From contig JAUMCA010000087.1 of NCBI GenBank assembly GCA_032119475.1, forward strand, positions 1 to 24,000: 24,000 nt of DNA, written 5' to 3'. The stretch comes from Thermoleophilia bacterium (GTDB taxonomy: Bacteria > Actinomycetota > Thermoleophilia > Gaiellales > F1-60-MAGs149). Shown here one piece after another: positions 21,954-24,000 of this stretch (the stretch's first letter is position 1; each line of letters opens with the position of its first letter). The notes beneath the pieces were generated by a model. It ran no database searches. It had not been told where the DNA came from and saw only the letters and a program-made list of their open reading frames with translations. Position numbers and translations under genes: made by a program.

Positions 21954-22241
21954 CTGCTCCAACGGCGCCATCGTCAGCCCCCGCTCGGTCAGCTGCTCGT
22001 GGTACAGCTCGGCGAGCTCGCGGTGGCCCGTCCAGACGATCGCCCGTCCGGCGCTGTGGATGCGGTTGGCGAGGGCCATGCCGCGCGCGTAGTCGACGCC
22101 GGGGATGACGGCCGCGAGCGAGCGGGCGACGCCCTCGAAGGTGTTGTGGTCGTCGTTCAGCACGATCACCCGCCACGGCGGCCCGAGGTCGGTGCCGCGC
22201 CCGAGGCGGCGGCGCTCGACGACGTCCGGGGCGGTGCTCAC
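21948..22241 (-). CDS. clpS: ATP-dependent Clp protease adaptor ClpS
   Basis: 97 aa. PPWRVIVLNDDHNTFEGVARSLAAVIPGVDYARGMALANRIHSAGRAIVWTG matches the ClpS core pattern. The GTG start overlaps the pdtaR stop (GTGA). Confidence 0.9.
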   Translation of the reverse strand: MSTAPDVVERRRLGRGTDLGPPWRVIVLNDDHNTFEGVARSLAAVIPGVDYARGMALANRIHSAGRAIVWTGHRELAELYHEQLTERGLTMAPLEQG

Positions 22242-22819
22242 GCGTCCGCTGCCGGCGCGTCGAAGGTCGCGATCAGCGCCTCGGCGACCACGCGCATCGT
22301 GCGTCCGGTCGACTGGCTCGCGGCGCGGATGCGGCGGAAGGCCTCGGCCTCGTCGATGCCCTCGCGCTGCATCAGGATGCCCTTCGCGCGCTCGACCGCC
22401 TTGCGGGAGGCGAGCGCCTCCTGCAGCGACGCGGCCTCCTCGCGCAGGGCGGCCAGCTCGTCGAAGCGGGCGCGCGCCGTGTCGATGGCGGGCAGCAGGT
22501 CGACCTCGCGGAACGGCTTCACGAGGTAGCCGAAGGCGCCGGCGTCGGAGGCGCGCGCGACGAGGTCCCCCTCCGCGTACGCGGTCAGCATCACGATCGG
22601 CACCGGCCGCGCGGCCGTGATGGCGCGCGCCGCGTCGATGCCGTCCATGTGCGGCATGCGCACGTCCATGACGATCAGGTCCGGCGCGTGCGCGGCGGCG
22701 AGCTCGACGGCCTCGAGGCCGTCCCTGGCCTCCGCCACGACCTCGTGGCCGGCCTTCTCCAGCAGGGCGCGCACGTCGAGCCGGATGATCGTCTCGTCCT
22801 CGGCGATCAGCACCCTCAT
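22238..22819 (-). CDS. pdtaR: Response regulator with ANTAR RNA-binding output domain (PdtaR-like)
   Basis: Trimmed from track ORF 22238..23662. The receiver domain is MRVLIAEDETIIRLDVRALLEKAGHEVVAEARDGLEAVELAAAHAPDLIVMDVRMPHMDGIDAA..YLVKPF. The ANTAR domain follows (SRKAVERAKGILMQREGIDEAEAFRRIRAASQSTGRTMRVVAEALI). By eye it aligns along its whole length with M. tuberculosis PdtaR. The ATG overlaps the kinase stop (ATGA). Confidence 0.92.
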   Translation of the reverse strand: MRVLIAEDETIIRLDVRALLEKAGHEVVAEARDGLEAVELAAAHAPDLIVMDVRMPHMDGIDAARAITAARPVPIVMLTAYAEGDLVARASDAGAFGYLVKPFREVDLLPAIDTARARFDELAALREEAASLQEALASRKAVERAKGILMQREGIDEAEAFRRIRAASQSTGRTMRVVAEALIATFDAPAADA

Positions 22820-24000
22820 GCGGGCCCCCAGGCGAGCCGCGCGCGCACGCCGGGATCGCCGTCCTCGAGGATCAGCGTCCCGTGCAGCTGGTCCGTCGCG
22901 AGCGCCCGCGCGATCTTGAGCCCCAACGACCGGTCCGGATCGAAGTCCGCGGGCAGGCCCGGGCCGGCGTCCGCGACCACCAGCTCCACCCGCCCCGCCG
23001 GATCGCGGTCGAGGTGGACGCGGACGTCGCCGCCGCCGTGCTCGAGCGCGTTCGCATAGAGCTCGGAGAAGATCAGCGCCACCGCCGTCGCCGTGTCGCC
23101 CGGGACCTCGACGTGCGCGATCTCCTCCTCGGCCGGGCGCGTGCCGATGCTGCGCCCGAGCATCGCCGAGACGCGGCGGATCAGGTCCGACAGGTCGACG
23201 TCCCCTTCGCGGCTCGCCGTCAGCAGGTCGTGGACCTCGGCGATCGACAGGATCCGGTCGACGGAGTCGGCGAGCGCGCGAGCGGGGTCGGCGCCCCCGG
23301 CGCGCAGGCGGAGGAGCGAGGCCACCGTCTGCAGGTTGTTCTTGACGCGGTGGTGGATCTCCTGGGCGACGATCCCGCGCATCACGCCGCGCCCCGACTC
23401 GACCGCCGCGGCCGCCTGGTTGGCGACCGAGCCGAGCAGCATGCGCTCCTCCGGCGTGAAGGGGCGCCGACCGGGCGTCGTCGCGACGAGGGCGCCGAGG
23501 CGCCGCGCCTTCCAGACCAGCGGCAGCGCGACGACGCCGTCCGCCCCGTCCGATGCCACGGCCGTGGCCGCCAGGGCCAGGACGGATGCGTCGTCGGGGC
23601 CGGCGGCCCCGGACCGGCGGGCGACGGTGGGGCCCTCCGGCCCGTCGACGACGAGGGCGCACAGCTCCGCGTGCGCGGCGCGCTCGGCGGTCTCGGCGAT
23701 GTGGTCGAGCGCCTCCTCGAGGTACAGCGACTCCGCCACGGCCTGCGAGATGCTGCCGAGCGCCTCGAGCTCCGCGACGCGGCGCTGCGACCGCTCGTAG
23801 AGGCGGGCGTTCTCGATCGCCTGGGCGACCTGGCGCGCGATCGTCTCGACCAGCTCGATCTCGTCCGGGTGGTACTCGCGGGGCGCGACCGTGCGGACGT
23901 TCATCGCGCCGGCCAATCGCTCCCGGCGGTCGAGGATCGGCACGGCGAGCAGGCTCTGGAACCTCCGCTCCGGCAGGTTCGGGAACTCCTTGAAGCGCGG
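22816..24000 (-). CDS. pdtaS: Sensor histidine kinase, HisKA_2 type with GAF-like sensor region (PdtaS-like); N-terminus lies beyond the right window edge
   Basis: The reading frame is open to position 24000 (395 codons in frame); track ORF 22816..23943 is only its Met-delimited part. H-box: EIHHRVKNNLQTVASLLRLR. ATPase region: ELYANALEHGGG..VADAGPGLP..GLKIARAL. GAF-like segments lie upstream. Confidence 0.85.
   Translation of the reverse strand, partial: PRFKEFPNLPERRFQSLLAVPILDRRERLAGAMNVRTVAPREYHPDEIELVETIARQVAQAIENARLYERSQRRVAELEALGSISQAVAESLYLEEALDHIAETAERAAHAELCALVVDGPEGPTVARRSGAAGPDDASVLALAATAVASDGADGVVALPLVWKARRLGALVATTPGRRPFTPEERMLLGSVANQAAAAVESGRGVMRGIVAQEIHHRVKNNLQTVASLLRLRAGGADPARALADSVDRILSIAEVHDLLTASREGDVDLSDLIRRVSAMLGRSIGTRPAEEEIAHVEVPGDTATAVALIFSELYANALEHGGGDVRVHLDRDPAGRVELVVADAGPGLPADFDPDRSLGLKIARALATDQLHGTLILEDGDPGVRARLAWGPA

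Noticed and set aside
1-24000. CRISPR arrays, rRNA genes, toxin-antitoxin pairs or recognisable phage-defence genes
   Set aside because: None seen. The only exact repeat structure found by eye is the inverted repeat at 21840-21953, and no nuclease, helicase or methylase-type defence signatures appear in any supported ORF.

Overview
Very GC-rich, densely coding bacterial chromosome segment. The gene content and TAG-type -10 boxes look like a high-GC Actinomycetota-like lineage, but that taxonomic call is inference only. I call 25 protein-coding genes (2 truncated by the window edges) and one tRNA-Thr(CGU). I found no transposase, integrase, CRISPR array or rRNA. All family assignments come from motifs I recognise in the translations; no database search was run.

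Gene order, left to right:
- (-) secreted protein with tandem subtilisin-propeptide (I9) domains
- (+) SbtA-like permease and a PII/SbtB-like protein
- (+) M20 metallopeptidase, an orphan Cys/His/Asp (phytochelatin-synthase-like) protein, and a glutamine-synthetase-like ligase
- (-) tRNA-Thr, RidA, Usp, then ricT-holB-tmk
- (+) LytR_C protein, a Wzy_C+TPR membrane protein, and an anchored low-complexity protein
- (-) KAS II
- (+) comA (phosphosulfolactate synthase), an FRD/aspartate-oxidase-like flavoprotein, a GGR-like flavoprotein, and an ACT-like protein
- (+) anchored FlgD-Ig-repeat protein, SDR epimerase, GT2, and a putative deacetylase-like protein
- (-) clpS-pdtaR-pdtaS-like

Most of the long Arg/Ala/Pro-rich ORFs in the six-frame track are antisense or off-frame artefacts of the GC content. 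Several track ORFs carry spurious N-terminal extensions, which I trimmed.

Items most worth a second look:
1. The comA-flavoprotein-flavoprotein-ACT operon, which lacks all known CoM/sulfolactate partner genes.
2. The M20 / PCS-like / GS-like operon.
3. A 114-nt AT-rich nested inverted repeat that supplies the Gly-stop ends of two convergent genes.
4. A pdtaS-pdtaR-clpS operon coupled by 4-nt overlaps.
5. A recurrent TAnnnT hexamer 6-8 nt upstream of at least eight start codons with no Shine-Dalgarno, implying leaderless expression.
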